From Octopus vulgaris (Eukaryota): a stretch of DNA of 64,000 nucleotides. Position numbers and translations under genes: made by a program. Within the stretch, counting starts at the first letter, position 1, and each line of letters begins with the position of its first letter. Positions 1 to 12,334 of this stretch are shown piece by piece. The stretch is taken from assembly GCA_951406725.2 (NCBI GenBank), contig OX597834.1, forward strand, positions 28,334,001-28,398,000, in the 5' to 3' direction. Under the pieces are notes generated by a model. The model worked only from the letters and a program-made list of their open reading frames with translations, did not search any database and was not told the DNA's origin.

Positions 1-154
1 TTCGATAATTTACAGTTACAATATACTAATTTACTCTTCTTTTTTTCTAGATTCAGTCACTAGATTGTGACTATGCTGGGACGCCGTTCTGTAGGGTTTC
101 GTAGAAGAAAATGACCCCAGTAACTTATTTTAAATTTGGTGCATATTATACCCA

Positions 155-559
155 TTTCTTTATTACCCACAAGGGGCTAAACATAGAAGGGACAAACAAA
201 GACAGACATAGGTATTAAGTCGATTACATCAACCCCAGTGCGTAACTGGTACTTAATTTATCGACCCCGAAAGGATGAAAGGCAAAGTTGACCTCGGCGG
301 AATTTGAACTCAGAACGCAACGGCAGACGCAATACCTATTTCTTTATTACCCACAAGGAGCTAAACATAGAAGGGACAAACAAGGACAGACATAGGTATT
401 AAGTCGATTACATCGACCCCAGTGCGTAACTGGTACTTAATTTATCGACCCCGAAAGGATGAAAGGTAAAGTCGACCTCGGCGGAATTTGAACTCACAAC
501 GTAACGGCAGACGAAATACCGCTAAGCATTTCGCCCGGCGTGCTAACGATTCTGCCAGA
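155..559 (-). mobile_element. tRNA-derived SINE family B (GCCTTTCATCCTTTCGGGGTCGA central domain), partially tandem-duplicated
   Basis: Near-identical to copies at 28840-29071, 52550-52781 and 60075-60310. The 3' ~185 bp is present twice in tandem. Confidence 0.85.
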
Positions 560-1152
560 TACCGGATCTCCTTTCGGCGAACAGCTACGTTACTGGGACA
601 TAAACCAACAACGGTTGTCAAGCGATGGTGGTGGGGAAGCAAGGACAAACAACAAAATCACTAAACATATATACGAGGGGCTTCCTTCCACACAGCTCCT
701 GTCTACAAAATTCACTCACAAGGCAAAATGACATTGGTCGGCCTGGAGTTGAAGCAGAAGACACTTTGCCCAAGGTGCAGCGCAGTGGAACTGAACTCGG
801 AAGCACGTGATTTCAAAGCGAGCTTCGTAACTACAAAGCCCATGCCTGCTCTGCCAGTGGAACGTCTCAGATTTGTCAGAGGACGAATATATAATATAAT
901 ATAAAGACCGAATAAGGCTAAGAAACATTGCACTCTTCAAATTACTAGTGATATTTTAAATGTTATATTTTACAGATTACGAAGAGATTAGGTGGAGTCT
1001 ATTTGCTTGTTTGTTGGAGTTTTATTTTTATTTCTTGTCATTGGAGTGAAAGCGGGGTTTAACTGTAAATAAAGTACAGTATATATTACACACACACACA
1101 GTCAGTCGTAGACAAAAGTTTGGAACATATGTCTGAAAATTAGAATTTTTAT

Positions 1153-1543
1153 GGATCTTTTCGGTTTGAACGGCAGTTTTTAACATAATTTCTAGGTAAC
1201 TAAAAAAATTTTAAACTTCGTATACTGGTAGAATGTGTTTATAAAACATCTTTTTCTCTTGGCTTTATTGAGAAAATTCTATAGTTTGTAAGATATTTGT
1301 TGTTTTTTTTCTTCAATTTCTGCAATTTCAACCAATCAGTGACGTCCATTGAGGTAAAAAAAACATTCTGTGTCGTATAAATATGTCCCTCGTTTAAAAA
1401 ACAAATTGGGTTTATTTACATTTGTGAAGAAAAAAAGATACTCTTCCCCTAACCCTAACACAGATTGAAATGCAATAGATCGATTCTAGGGTCATAATTA
1501 TGGGTGACCCTAGAAAAAACTGCTGTTCAAACTGAAAAGATCC
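1153..1543. mobile_element. MITE with GGATC termini and 8-bp TSD (Merlin-like)
   Basis: TIRs GGATCTTTTCGGTTTGAACGGCAGTTTTT / AAAAACTGCTGTTCAAACTGAAAAGATCC. ATTTTTAT is duplicated at 1145-1152 and 1544-1551. Confidence 0.8.
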
Positions 1544-1562
1544 ATTTTTATTTATATAAATG

Positions 1563-2395
1563 CACATCTCATATTCCTCCTAACCCCTATCTCCGCACCT
1601 GAGATTATAGTAGAAGACACTTGCCCAATGTGCCATGCAGTGGGACTGAACCTGGAACCCTGTGACTGGGATCATTCGCGTAAAAAAAAACCCACATAGA
1701 GCAAATATTAAATTAAATGTTTCCCCTCCCAGCTCCAGGTGCCCTTATCCACCCACCCACCACATCTCATATTCCTGAGGCTATAGTAGAAGACACTTGC
1801 CCAATGTGCCATGCAGTGGGACTGAACCTGGGATCATTTGCGTAAAAAATCCCCACATAGAGCGAATATTAAATGAAATGTTTCCCCCTCCTAGCTCCAG
1901 GTGCCCTTATCCACCCACCCACCACATCTCATATTCCTCCTCCTAACCCCTATCTCCGCGCCTGAGATTATAGTAGAAGACACTTGCCCAATGTGCCACG
2001 CAGTGGGACTGAACCTGGAACCATGTGCCTGGGATCATTCGCGTAAAAAATCCCCACATAGAGCAAATATTAACCCTTTAGTGTTCAGATTACTCTGTTA
2101 AATGTAATACTTTTTCACTCAAATTGTTTTGAATTAATCCTGGATCATCTTACAGCTTTGAGGTTTCAATGATGAGATTACTTATTTTTAGAATGGCATT
2201 GTAGGTTAGGTGTGAGAGGCTAGACATCGCCAGTTTGAATATAAAACATGTAGAATATATTGGGCCGGATTTGGCCAGTTTAAACACTAAAGGGTTAAAT
2301 GAAGTATTTCCCCCTCCTAGCTCCAGGTGCCCTTACCTAGCCACCCACCCACCACATCTCATATTCCTCCTCCTCCTAACTCCCCATCTCTGCAT
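1563..2395 (+). repeat. ~160-200-bp tandem repeat (3 units plus a partial) containing an antisense SINE A fragment
   Basis: CACATCTCATATTCCT recurs at 1563, 1761, 1923 and 2353. The three full units contain GAAGACACTTGCCCAA...GGGACTGAACC. Confidence 0.85.
2074..2294 (+). mobile_element. piggyBac-type MITE (TTAA TSD, CCC...GGG termini)
   Basis: TTAA|CCCTTTAGTGTT ... AACACTAAAGGG|TTAA. A second copy lies at 10663-10882. Confidence 0.85.
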
Positions 2396-3042
2396 CCACA
2401 CTCACATTCTTCCACTTTACATTAGCACTGCAACAAAAGTATAAAAAAAAAAAGAAAAAAAATATGAAAAGCTTTAGTAAAGAAACACGAGATGATATCA
2501 ACAAGTTCCTGACTTGTACAACTTGGGTAAATAAATCAGCAAAACAGAAGAAAGATAACAGAGAACAACTTGCAAAACAAATACACAATACACATATATA
2601 TATATACACACACAAACACACACACAACTGCATGTATATATTCATATGCATATAAATACACACACATACGCAAATGCTGGAATCTCAGAGCAGCATGTAA
2701 CCACAGACACTGCTATTGTATCTGATTATATTGAATATACAACTGGTACAACAAACAAGATTGGGAAACTCACATGCAACAAGTAAACATTACACAACAT
2801 CAGAAATCTTCTTCTTCATCATCTCCTGCCTCCCATTCCTCCTCCTCCTAGAAACACCAAACCTCATTGCCCCCAAGTGGTTTCTATCGAAAAGTTTATT
2901 TTAATCGTCCAAGCAGAATCACAAACACTGAGACACTAGAACAGTAAAAACCTCGTCCTTGAAGTACTAATGTACTTGCTACAGATATGAGGAAATACTG
3001 GTATTTACTTCTGCCAGGACAGTGGTTTGACAGAATGGTAGT

Positions 3043-3355
3043 GTGGCAGGACAAAATGACAGTGAACTTACAGAACTGACAGTGGCAGGACAAATTGACA
3101 GTGAACTTACAGAACTGACAGTGGCAGGACAAATTGACAGTGAACTTACAGAACTGACAGTGGCAGGACAAAATGACAGTGAACTTACAGAACTGACAGT
3201 GGCAGGACAAATTGACAGTGAAGTGACAATATTGACAGTAGCAGGACAAAGTGACAGCAGATGAACAGAATTGACAGTGGCAGCACAAATTGACAAAACT
3301 GATAGAGTGATGGGACAGAATAACAGTGGAAATGACAGAAGTGAAACAAAATGAC
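3043..3355 (+). repeat. 39-bp minisatellite (GTGGCAGGACAAATTGACAGTGAACTTACAGAACTGACA), ~5 good units then decaying
   Basis: Unit starts at 3043, 3082, 3121, 3160, 3199 and 3238. Confidence 0.95.
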
Positions 3356-3459
3356 ACTAATGGTTACAATGCATTTGGAAACTAATGGTTAGTGGTTATA
3401 TTGAAGCCAGGCCCCAAATGCAACATCTGCTACAGGAATTGAAACCATGATCTTACAAT

Positions 3460-4400
3460 CATGGCTTAGTGGTTAGGGTACTGGACTCGTGATCATAAGA
3501 TTGTAGTTTCGATTCCTGGACTGGGTGATGCAGTGTTTTCGAGCAAAACACTGTTCTGGTCCACTCAGCTGGCAAAAATAAGAAATCCTGCAATGGGCTG
3601 GTGTCCTATCTAGGTGGACAACATACACCATGGAAACCAGGAAAGTGGTCATTGTGAACCAGCATCACTCAAGAAGATAACTTTACTTTTTGCTTTAATC
3701 CTAAGTGCAACACTTTAACCACTTGGCTACGTATTTAATGATTAGTGGTTGTATTGGAGCCATGCCCTAATACAATGGGGCCCTACGTATTCAAACACAC
3801 AGTACTGGGCTCTTAGACCCATGAGGTCTCTGGGTAATGGCTTAGTATGCCCTTATTTTAAGACAGCAATGATCCTAAATGTGGAGGCTAATGGCTTGGT
3901 GGTTAGGGTGTTGGACTCATTCATGATTGTAAGATTAGTGTTTCAATTCCAGGACAGGGCAATGCATTGTGCTCTTGAGCAAAATACTTCATTTCAGGTT
4001 GCTCTGATCCACTCAGCTGGTAAGAATGAGTCATCTTGCAATGAACCAGCATCCCATCCAGGGAAGAATGTAACAGGTACTCCATCAGTTACAACAACAA
4101 GGGTTCAAGTTGATCCGATCAATGGAACAGCCAGCTCTTGAAATTAACATGCAAGTGGCTGAGCACTCCACAGACACATGTACCCTTAACGTAGTTCTCG
4201 GGGAGATTCAGCATGACACAGAGCATGATAAGGCTGGCCCTTTGAAATACAGGTACTACTCATTTTTGTCAGCTGAGTGGACTAGAGCAACGTGAAATAA
4301 ATAAAGTGTCTTGTTTGAGGACAGAACACATTGCCTAGAATTGAACTCAAAACCTTACAATCATGAGCCAATTACCCGAACCACTAAGCCACACGCTTTT
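3460..4400. mobile_element. Cluster of diverged tRNA-derived SINE family C copies (two +, one -)
   Basis: Heads TGGCTTAGTGGTTAGGGT..GGACTC at ~3461 and ~3892. The antisense copy at 4075-4400 matches 31041-31420 in its 3' part. Confidence 0.7.
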
Positions 4401-5176
4401 ACATGAAGAAATATATATGCCAGAAAAACCAAAAAACCAACTCAATGCTCTTTACAGAGTAATGTGGACTAACCAATTGTTCAACTATATTCTGTGCTCC
4501 TGGTCAAAAGACCACCAATATTGCATTCTGTAGCAAGGCAGAGACACCACAAGATTCAACTTCCTTCTTGTATGTACTTCATGCCTAAAACCCCCATCAC
4601 ATCTCTCCTCTCTCCCAGCAAGCTAATCCTGCAATGCTCATGTCAAATACCTGACTGAAATACTTCATTTCACTTAATAAATTGCTTTTCACAACAAGAT
4701 ATTTAAAGGCCACAGTCTCTTCCTGTGTCCCCTCCTCGAATAAAACAGTGTCTTGAGGACTCATCATGACTATTTAAGAGATCTTTATATAAATTATTAT
4801 TACACTATTAATAGTGAAGTGACAAATAGTACGAGAGAGAGTGGGGATGACAAATTTTAGTTGTGTCAGCTAAGTAGTACAACAGGATGTCCATCCACAC
4901 TGTCTTACAAATCTACACATATTCTTAGAGTGTATGTTGTAAGCAGTGTCAGCACACAGGTGACAGAACGTGTGAGTGTCTGTGTGTGTGTGTGGAAGGA
5001 AGTGCAGAAGATGCAGGCGGGGTGGGGGGAGAAGGTATGGAGGGGAAAGCCAGGAACATGAGAAAGATTACGTTGAAGAGAAAGGACGAATAGATGGAGA
5101 GAGAGAGAGACTGATTCACACACACAATGACATAGACAGAGAGAGAAGGAACGAAACACACACACAGACAATGACA

Positions 5177-5207
<31 letters not shown>

Positions 5208-5596
5208 ATGACAGACAAGGACAGAAAGAAAGAGGGATCTAGAGTATCACAAACATACACAGTAAAAAAAAAATCCACCCCTTGTTACTAGTTATCATCA
5301 GGATGGTAAGAGTAGTAACAACATAACAAATATACTAAAAAAAAAAATAAAAAAAACGGTGGCGCTTACAGAATTTTTAGTTATGTCCCTTTTGTGTTTT
5401 GCAGAAGTAAAAATTCTATTTCTCAAAGATCGATCAATACTTGGCTTTTATTCTTGCAGAGGTTGATAAAATTAAGTACCCGTAATAAACTGAGTCAATT
5501 TAATTTGGAAATGCGGGATCATGTGCCTAAGTTAAAAATCAATATCCTAAACACACACACACATACATACATACATACATACATACATACATACAT

Positions 5597-5768
5597 AGGC
5601 GCAGGCATGGCTATGTGGTAAGAAGCTTGCTTCCCAACACATGATTCCGGGTTCAGTCCCACTGTGTGGTGACACCTTGGGCAAGTGTCTTCTACTATAA
5701 CCTCAGGCCAGCCAAAGTCGTGAGTGGAATTGGTAGACGGAAACTGAAAGAAGCCTATCATGTATGTG

Positions 5769-5820
<52 letters not shown>

Positions 5821-6005
5821 CTCACCATTGCCTGACAGCTGATGTTGGTGTGTTTATGGCCCCATAACTTAGCAGTTGGGCAAAACAGACCGATAGAATA
5901 AGTACAAAGCTTACAAAGAATAAGTCCTGGGGTCCAATTTGTTCTACTAAAGGCAGTGCTCCAGCATGGCCACCATCAAATGACAAACAAGTAAAAGAAA
6001 AAGAA
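5597..6005 (+). mobile_element. tRNA-derived SINE family A (CCTTGGGCAAG core, internal TA/TG microsatellite)
   Basis: A-box TGGCTATGTGG, B-box GGTTCAGTCCC, GTAAAAGA tail. Homologous to many copies in the window. Confidence 0.85.
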
Positions 6006-6270
6006 TACATACACACACACATGCATGTATATCATCATTTTTAATATCCACGTTTCCATGTTCACATGGATTAGACAGAATTTACTGAGGAAAATTTTCT
6101 ATGGCTGGATGCTTTTACTGTCACCTACCCTTCCCTGATTGCAAGTAAATTAATATTTTCCCATGGCCAAGCATGTTTTGCATGAAAGACCGGAAATGAA
6201 GGACACCACATGCTTGATCATGACACTCACTCACAACTGTCATGTATTGTGAAGACAAGGAGCACATATA

Positions 6271-6678
6271 GACGCAGGAGTGGCTGTGTGGTAAGTAGCT
6301 TGCTAACCAACCACATGGTTCCGGGTTCAGTCCCACTGTGTGGCATCTTGGGCAAGTGTCTTCTGCTATAGCCCCGGGCCGACCAATGCCTTGTGAGTGG
6401 ATTTGGTAGACGGAAACTGAAAGAAGCCTGTCGTATGTATGTATATGTATATATATGTATGTGTGTGTTTGTGTGTCTGTGTTTGTCCCCCTATCATTGC
6501 TTGACAACTGATGCTGGTGTGTTTACGTCCCCGTCACTTAGCGGTTCGGCAAAAGAGACCGATAGAATAAGTACTGGGCCTACAAAGAATAAGTCCCGGG
6601 GTCGATTTGCTCGACTAAAGGCGGTGCTCCAGCATGGCCGCAGTCAAATGACTGAAACAAGTAAAAGAGTAAAAGAGT
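6271..6678 (+). mobile_element. SINE family A, full length
   Basis: GCAGGAGTGGCTGTGTGGTAAG head to (GTAAAAGA)n tail. Confidence 0.9.
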
Positions 6679-6816
6679 GTATGTATACACATGTGCAGAC
6701 ATGCACCTGGAAGTTAGTCAGCCATGGTCAAGCTAAACTATAAACCAAAAGTATTCTAGCCAAATCCATTCTGTTTTTTGTCAAAAGTATTCCACACTAC
6801 ATTGCCTAAGATGTCC

Positions 6817-7230
6817 TTTTCCTTAATAAAGACATTAGGATTTAGGTTGAAGATTTCCTTAATAAAGACACTAGGATTTAGGTTAAAGATTTCCTTAATA
6901 AAGACACTAGGATTTAGGTTGAAGATTTCCTTAATAAAGACACTAGGATTTAGGTTAAAGATTTCCTTAATAAAGACACTAGGATTTAGGTTGAAGATTT
7001 CCTTAATAAAGACACTAGGATTTTAGGTTGAAGATTTCCTTAATAAAGACACTAGGATTTAGGTTGAAGATTTCCTTAATAAAGACACTAGGATTTAGGT
7101 TGAAGATTTCCTTAATAAAGACACTAGGATTTAGGTTGAAGATTTCCTTAATAAAGACACTAGGATTTAGGTTGAAGATTTCCTTAATAAAGACACTAGG
7201 ATTTAGGTTGAAGATTTCCTTAATAAAGAC
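6817..7230 (+). repeat. 36-bp minisatellite (GATTTCCTTAATAAAGACACTAGGATTTAGGTTGAA) x ~11
   Basis: Nearly perfect direct units, with one 1-bp insertion near 7022. Confidence 0.95.
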
Positions 7231-7476
7231 AAGCGATGTTGGGGGGGGGGGGGACAAATACACACAAACATACATATATATATAGAGAGAGAGAGTGAGA
7301 TAGATAGGTAGATAGATAGATAGATAGATAGATATACGACGAGCTTCTTTCAGTTTCCGTCTACCAAATCCACTCACAAAGCATTGGTCGGCCCGTGGCT
7401 ATAGAAGAAGACACTTGCCCAAGGTGCCACGCAGTGGAACTGAACTGGGAACCATGTGGTTGGTAAGCAAGCTACA
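7231..7476 (-). mobile_element. SINE family A, 5' half
   Basis: Reverse complement of the head and core, ending at the minisatellite. Confidence 0.8.
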
Positions 7477-7703
7477 TAAGCTTCTGTTCCGGCCCTATTT
7501 CGAGTTCAAACCCTTTCATAATTTTCCACGAGTGGGGAAAAGAGATCAGCTAAAGTACAAGTCAAGTACTTTGGTAGGATCCATAATAATCGACCATAGA
7601 CACCTACCTCTTCGCCAACTCCTTCCTCCACACACACACACACTCCTCTTTACCCTAACCCCAAAATTCAGGGCCTTGTGCATCTATGCTATAAAAAAAA
7701 AAC

Positions 7704-8118
7704 AGGCGCAGGAGTGGCTGTGTGGTAAGTAGCTTGTTAACCAGCCACATGGTTCCGGGTTCAGTCCCACTGCGTGGCATCTTGGGCAAGTGTCTTCTGC
7801 TATAGCCCCGGGCCGACCAATGCCTTGTGAGTGGATTTGGTAGACGGAAACTGAAAGAAGCCTGTCGTATATATGTATATATATATATATATGTATATGT
7901 GTGTATATGTTTGTGTGACTGTGTTTGTCCCCCTAGCATTGCTTGACAACCGATGCTGGTGTGTTTACGTCCCCGTCACTTAGCGGTTCGGCAAAATAGA
8001 CCGATAGAATAAGTACTGGGCTTACAAAAGAATAAGTCCCGGGGTCGAGTTGCTCGACTGAAAAAAGGCGGTGCTCCAGCATGGCCGCAAGTCAAATGAC
8101 TGAAACAAGTAAAAGAGT
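7704..8118 (+). mobile_element. SINE family A, full length
   Basis: Same structure as 6271-6678. Confidence 0.9.
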
Positions 8119-8820
8119 GTAAAAAAGAGAGAATTATTATTATTCCAACTCAAAGGATAAAATAAGATAGAAAATGAATAAAATATAAAGGTAAGGAGGG
8201 GGAGGGGGGTGAAATATTATTATTATTATTATTATTATTGTTCTGTATTATTATTATTAATACGACTACTACTACTACTATTAATATTATTGTTGTTGTT
8301 AAATTCACTTGTCAAGTAGCAGTGAGAACAGGAACGGGTGAAGAGGAGAGAGAGAGAGAGAGAGGGTGAAGCGGTAGAGGGGGGTGTCATTGGAGGTGGT
8401 GGTGGTGACGACGGAATGAAGTGGAAGGGGGGAGGGAGGGCCAGAGGGTTAGGCGCGGTGGGGTGGTAGGTGGAGGAGGAGGGGTGGGTGGGGGAGCAAT
8501 GTTTACTATTTATAAAATGACCAATGGCATGAGAGGACTCGATTTAAACAATAACAACGGTAGCAGCAGCAAGCGACGACGACGACGATGACAACAACAA
8601 CGACAACAACAAAAACAGCGGCAGTTTTACATGAAGCAAAAACAATAACAATAAGTACATAACAACTAGGCCAGGCTCTCACTCACCCTCACGCGCAGAG
8701 TGAGGGGAGGGAGGGAGAGAGAGAGAGAGAGAGAGAGATACTTTAGTTTACACTCCAAGAATGTATGCGTAATCTACTTATGGCATTCAGGGTTATTCAA
8801 CAGAGGAAATGGCGTGCGAT

Positions 8821-8851
<31 letters not shown>

Positions 8852-9041
8852 GTATATATATATATATAATTTTTATATATGCATATTTGTTAAAAAATCA
8901 AGGAGAAAAATGGTAATAATGTTCTCAACTTCAAAAAGTTGAACTTACTGACAAGCACTGAGGACTTTTTATCCTATTATATATATATACATATATGTAT
9001 TTATGTATGTAGTACACACGCGCGCGCGCGCCTAGACAGAC

Positions 9042-9108
<67 letters not shown>

Positions 9109-9127
9109 CAGACACAGACAGACAGAC

Positions 9128-9158
<31 letters not shown>

Positions 9159-9235
9159 CAGACATAATATAGACCTACAATATACCTAGCTAGCTGTCTG
9201 TCTACATACATATATACATATATATATACATACAC

Positions 9236-9276
<41 letters not shown>

Positions 9277-10154
9277 TACATACATACATACACTCTGATG
9301 TTGATGTTGAAATTCCAATGAAGGAGCCTTGAATCTCGATTTGAAACTGGCTCTCTCTCTCTATTGGCAAGAAATCTTGAAATAAAACTGAATAATGACA
9401 TACATACATTCATACATATGCACACACATACAATCACGACTTTCTACACTGATTGTGGCAACCAAATCCACTCTTAAGGCATCAGTCAACTTGGGACCAA
9501 AGCAAAAGACACTTGCGCAAGGAATCATAGAGACAGAGTGGGACTGAAACAGAATCTACAAGACTCCAAAGCAAACTTAACACAACCATGCCTTAAACGA
9601 CATATATATATATATATATATATATTTAGGCATGGCTGTATGATAAGTTTAATTCCCAACTGGGTTCAGAACCACAGCATGGCATCTTGGACAAGTGTCT
9701 TCTACTATAGCCTCAGACAGACCAAACACTTGTGAGTGGATTTAGTAGACAGAAACTGAAAGAAGCCCATCATATATGTATGTGTGTGCGTATCTATATG
9801 TCTTGTGCTTGTCCACTACCAACCAATTGACAACTTGTGTTGGTGTGTTTACATCTCTGTAACTTAGCAGATTGGCAAAAGACACCAATGGGTCAAGAAA
9901 AGGCCATTTGGCCAAGATGCCATACAATGGGATCAAACCCAAGACACAGGATCTTCTGCTTTTAAAACAAATTTCTTAACCATTCCACTTTTCTGTGTGT
10001 GTGTGTGTGTGTGTATGTGTGTATATATATTTCTTCACACAGCATAAGCAATAGTGACTCAAGGGTCAAGAGTTTCATGTGTTACCACTTAAACTTTTCG
10101 CATAACCATACCTCTATATACACATGTATATATGTGTGTGTGTGTATAGATCTT

Positions 10155-10349
10155 TTATCTTGTTTTAGTCATTTGACTGAGGCCATGCTGGGGCACCGCC
10201 TTGAAGAGTTTTAGCCAAACAAATTGACCTTAGGACTTTTTTTTTAAAGCCTAGTACTTATTCTGTTGAACCCTTTTCCCAAACCGCTAAGTTACAGGGT
10301 CACAAACACCAGTTGTCAAACAGTGGTGGGTGACAAACAGAGACACTAA

Positions 10350-10391
<42 letters not shown>

Positions 10392-10530
10392 CATATATAC
10401 AATGGGTTTCTTTCAGTTTCAGTCTACCAAATCCGCTCACAAGGCTTTGATTGACCCAAGGCTAGACACTTACTTGCCCAAGGTGCCATGCAGTGGGACT
10501 GAACCCAGACCCATGTGTTTGAGAAGAAAG
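10155..10530 (-). mobile_element. SINE family A, diverged
   Basis: Antisense match to head, core and tail. Confidence 0.75.
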
Positions 10531-10662
10531 CTTCATGCATGTATATATGGTCAGTGCCCATAAAAGACATACATACATGCATCCATACAGACTTATATAC
10601 AGGCATACATACATGTATACATGCTTGTACACATACATGTCTGAGTGTACGTTTCTTTTTAA

Positions 10663-10882
10663 CCCTTTAGTGTTTAAACCGGCCATATCTGGCCAAAATA
10701 TTCTACCTATTTTATGTTCAAACTAGTCAGATATGGTCATTCATAGCTACCTTATTGTGTCATTTTAAAAATAAACTATCACATCATTGAAATCTCAAAG
10801 CCATGAAATGATGCAAGATTAACTTTACATGGTGTGAATACATAAGCTTTACATTTGACAGAATAATCTGAATGCTAAAGGG
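10663..10882 (-). mobile_element. piggyBac-type MITE, second copy
   Basis: TTAA|CCCTTTAG ... CTAAAGGG|TTAA. The interior is the reverse complement of 2074-2294. Confidence 0.8.
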
Positions 10883-11042
10883 TTAAATATGACGACAGAA
10901 AATTTGTTGCTATTTCTAGGAGATCAATCAACCATGTAGGGGTTCTCTTATGAAAAGAATATGCAGAATAAAGTTTTACATGCCAGGATTGAGATAGGTG
11001 AATAGGGAATGCAGGAATGTGTAAGCCTTGTGTTGGGGCTGC

Positions 11043-11340
11043 CTATAATGTAAAATGGAGATGGTTAATACTCGAAACACTAGGGAGTGTATTTGATATG
11101 AGAAAAGAATCTGATAGGGACCCCTTGATGAGGAAGGGTGGTATTAGAATGATTCGGAGGAGGGAAGAGGGGTACAGCAATAGCTGAGCTGCTAATAATA
11201 GATAGACCCAGGTACAGAAGGAAAGACCTGCTTCATACAAAAATATTTGACAGAGCCAGCCAACCCGACCGATCCCAAGCACGAAGGTGAGACAAGCGTT
11301 TGAAGAGTTGAGAGGAAGAAAATTCTCTGCAAGTCAACGA
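11043..11340 (-). pseudogene. Possible CR1/L2-type reverse transcriptase remnant
   Basis: Antisense NFLPLNSS.. and TLPSVSSINHLHFTL loosely resemble the post-YADD N.L.LN..K and L..V....LG motifs. Confidence 0.3.
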
Positions 11341-11978
11341 ACAAGGGGAACTTTGACAATGTAATTCAATGTGCTAGAAAGAGCAGCCAATTCTTCTCGA
11401 ATAATACCCTGCCCCTATTGTTTTAACCAAATAGAAAAAAAATCTAAAGAATTGTAAGAAATCTGTAAAAACTGTAAAAAAAAATTCTGTAAAACTCAAT
11501 GCTTTGGCAGCATTGGATTTCACAGAGAAATTATCTAGTGTTGTTTAGGCCTACATCAGCTCCTGGTCAAGGATTTCAATAACCAAAGACGTTCCAACCA
11601 CGACTATCCTTGCTGTTAAATTTTAACTCTTTAACATTTAAGCCAACCATATCTAGCCAAAATATTCTACTCATTTTACACTTGTCCAAGGTGCCAAGCA
11701 GTGAGACTGAACCCAGAAGCATGTAGTTGGGAAGCAAGCTTCTTGCCACACAGCCACTCCACTGTGTGTGTGTATATATATCTGTATATTTATATGTTTC
11801 TATCATTAGACTGCAGCCATACTGGGGCACCACTTTGGCTGGGGCAAAAAATTTTAAATTGAAATTATTTAATTTTCAATTTTATATATTTTGCATATTA
11901 TAGTAATTATATTTATTTTTATGTTTTTCACTGTTTGATTTGCCTAATAGTGGTTTTATCTCTAATTTATATATATAT

Positions 11979-12334
11979 ACTCTTTTACTTGTTTCAGTCA
12001 TTTGACTGCGGCCATGCTGGAGCACCGCCTTTAGTTGAGCAAATCGACCCCGGGACTTATTCTTTGTAAGCCCAGTACTTATTCTATCGGTCTCTTTTGC
12101 CGAACCGCTAAGTGACGGGGACATAAACACACCAGCATCGGTTGTCAAGCAATGCTAGGGGGACAAACACACACACACACACACTTATATATATATATAC
12201 ATATATACGACAGGCTTCTTTCAGTTTCCGTCTACTAAATCCACTCACAAGGCATTGGTCGGCCCGGGGCTATAGCAGAAGACACTTGCCCAAGATGCCA
12301 CGCAGTGGGACTGAACCCGGAACTTTGTGGTTGG
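11979..12334 (-). mobile_element. SINE family A, near full length
   Basis: Reverse complement of the 6271-6678 type. Confidence 0.9.

Noticed and set aside
976-1072. Plus-strand terminal exon after TTTTACAG with AATAAA
   Set aside because: Short frames with no recognisable protein. Such signals arise by chance in AT-rich DNA.
6271-6345. tRNA genes at SINE heads
   Set aside because: A/B boxes are present, but each continues into a SINE body and no complete cloverleaf is evident.
6393-6743. Recurrent ORFs such as MSGFGRRKLKEA.., [12 protein letters not shown].. and MRNWYLIYRPRK..
   Set aside because: They are translations of SINE consensus sequence, repeated wherever the SINE occurs.
6817-7230. 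CRISPR-like array (36-bp repeats)
   Set aside because: Units are contiguous with no unique spacers, there are no cas genes, and the context is eukaryotic.
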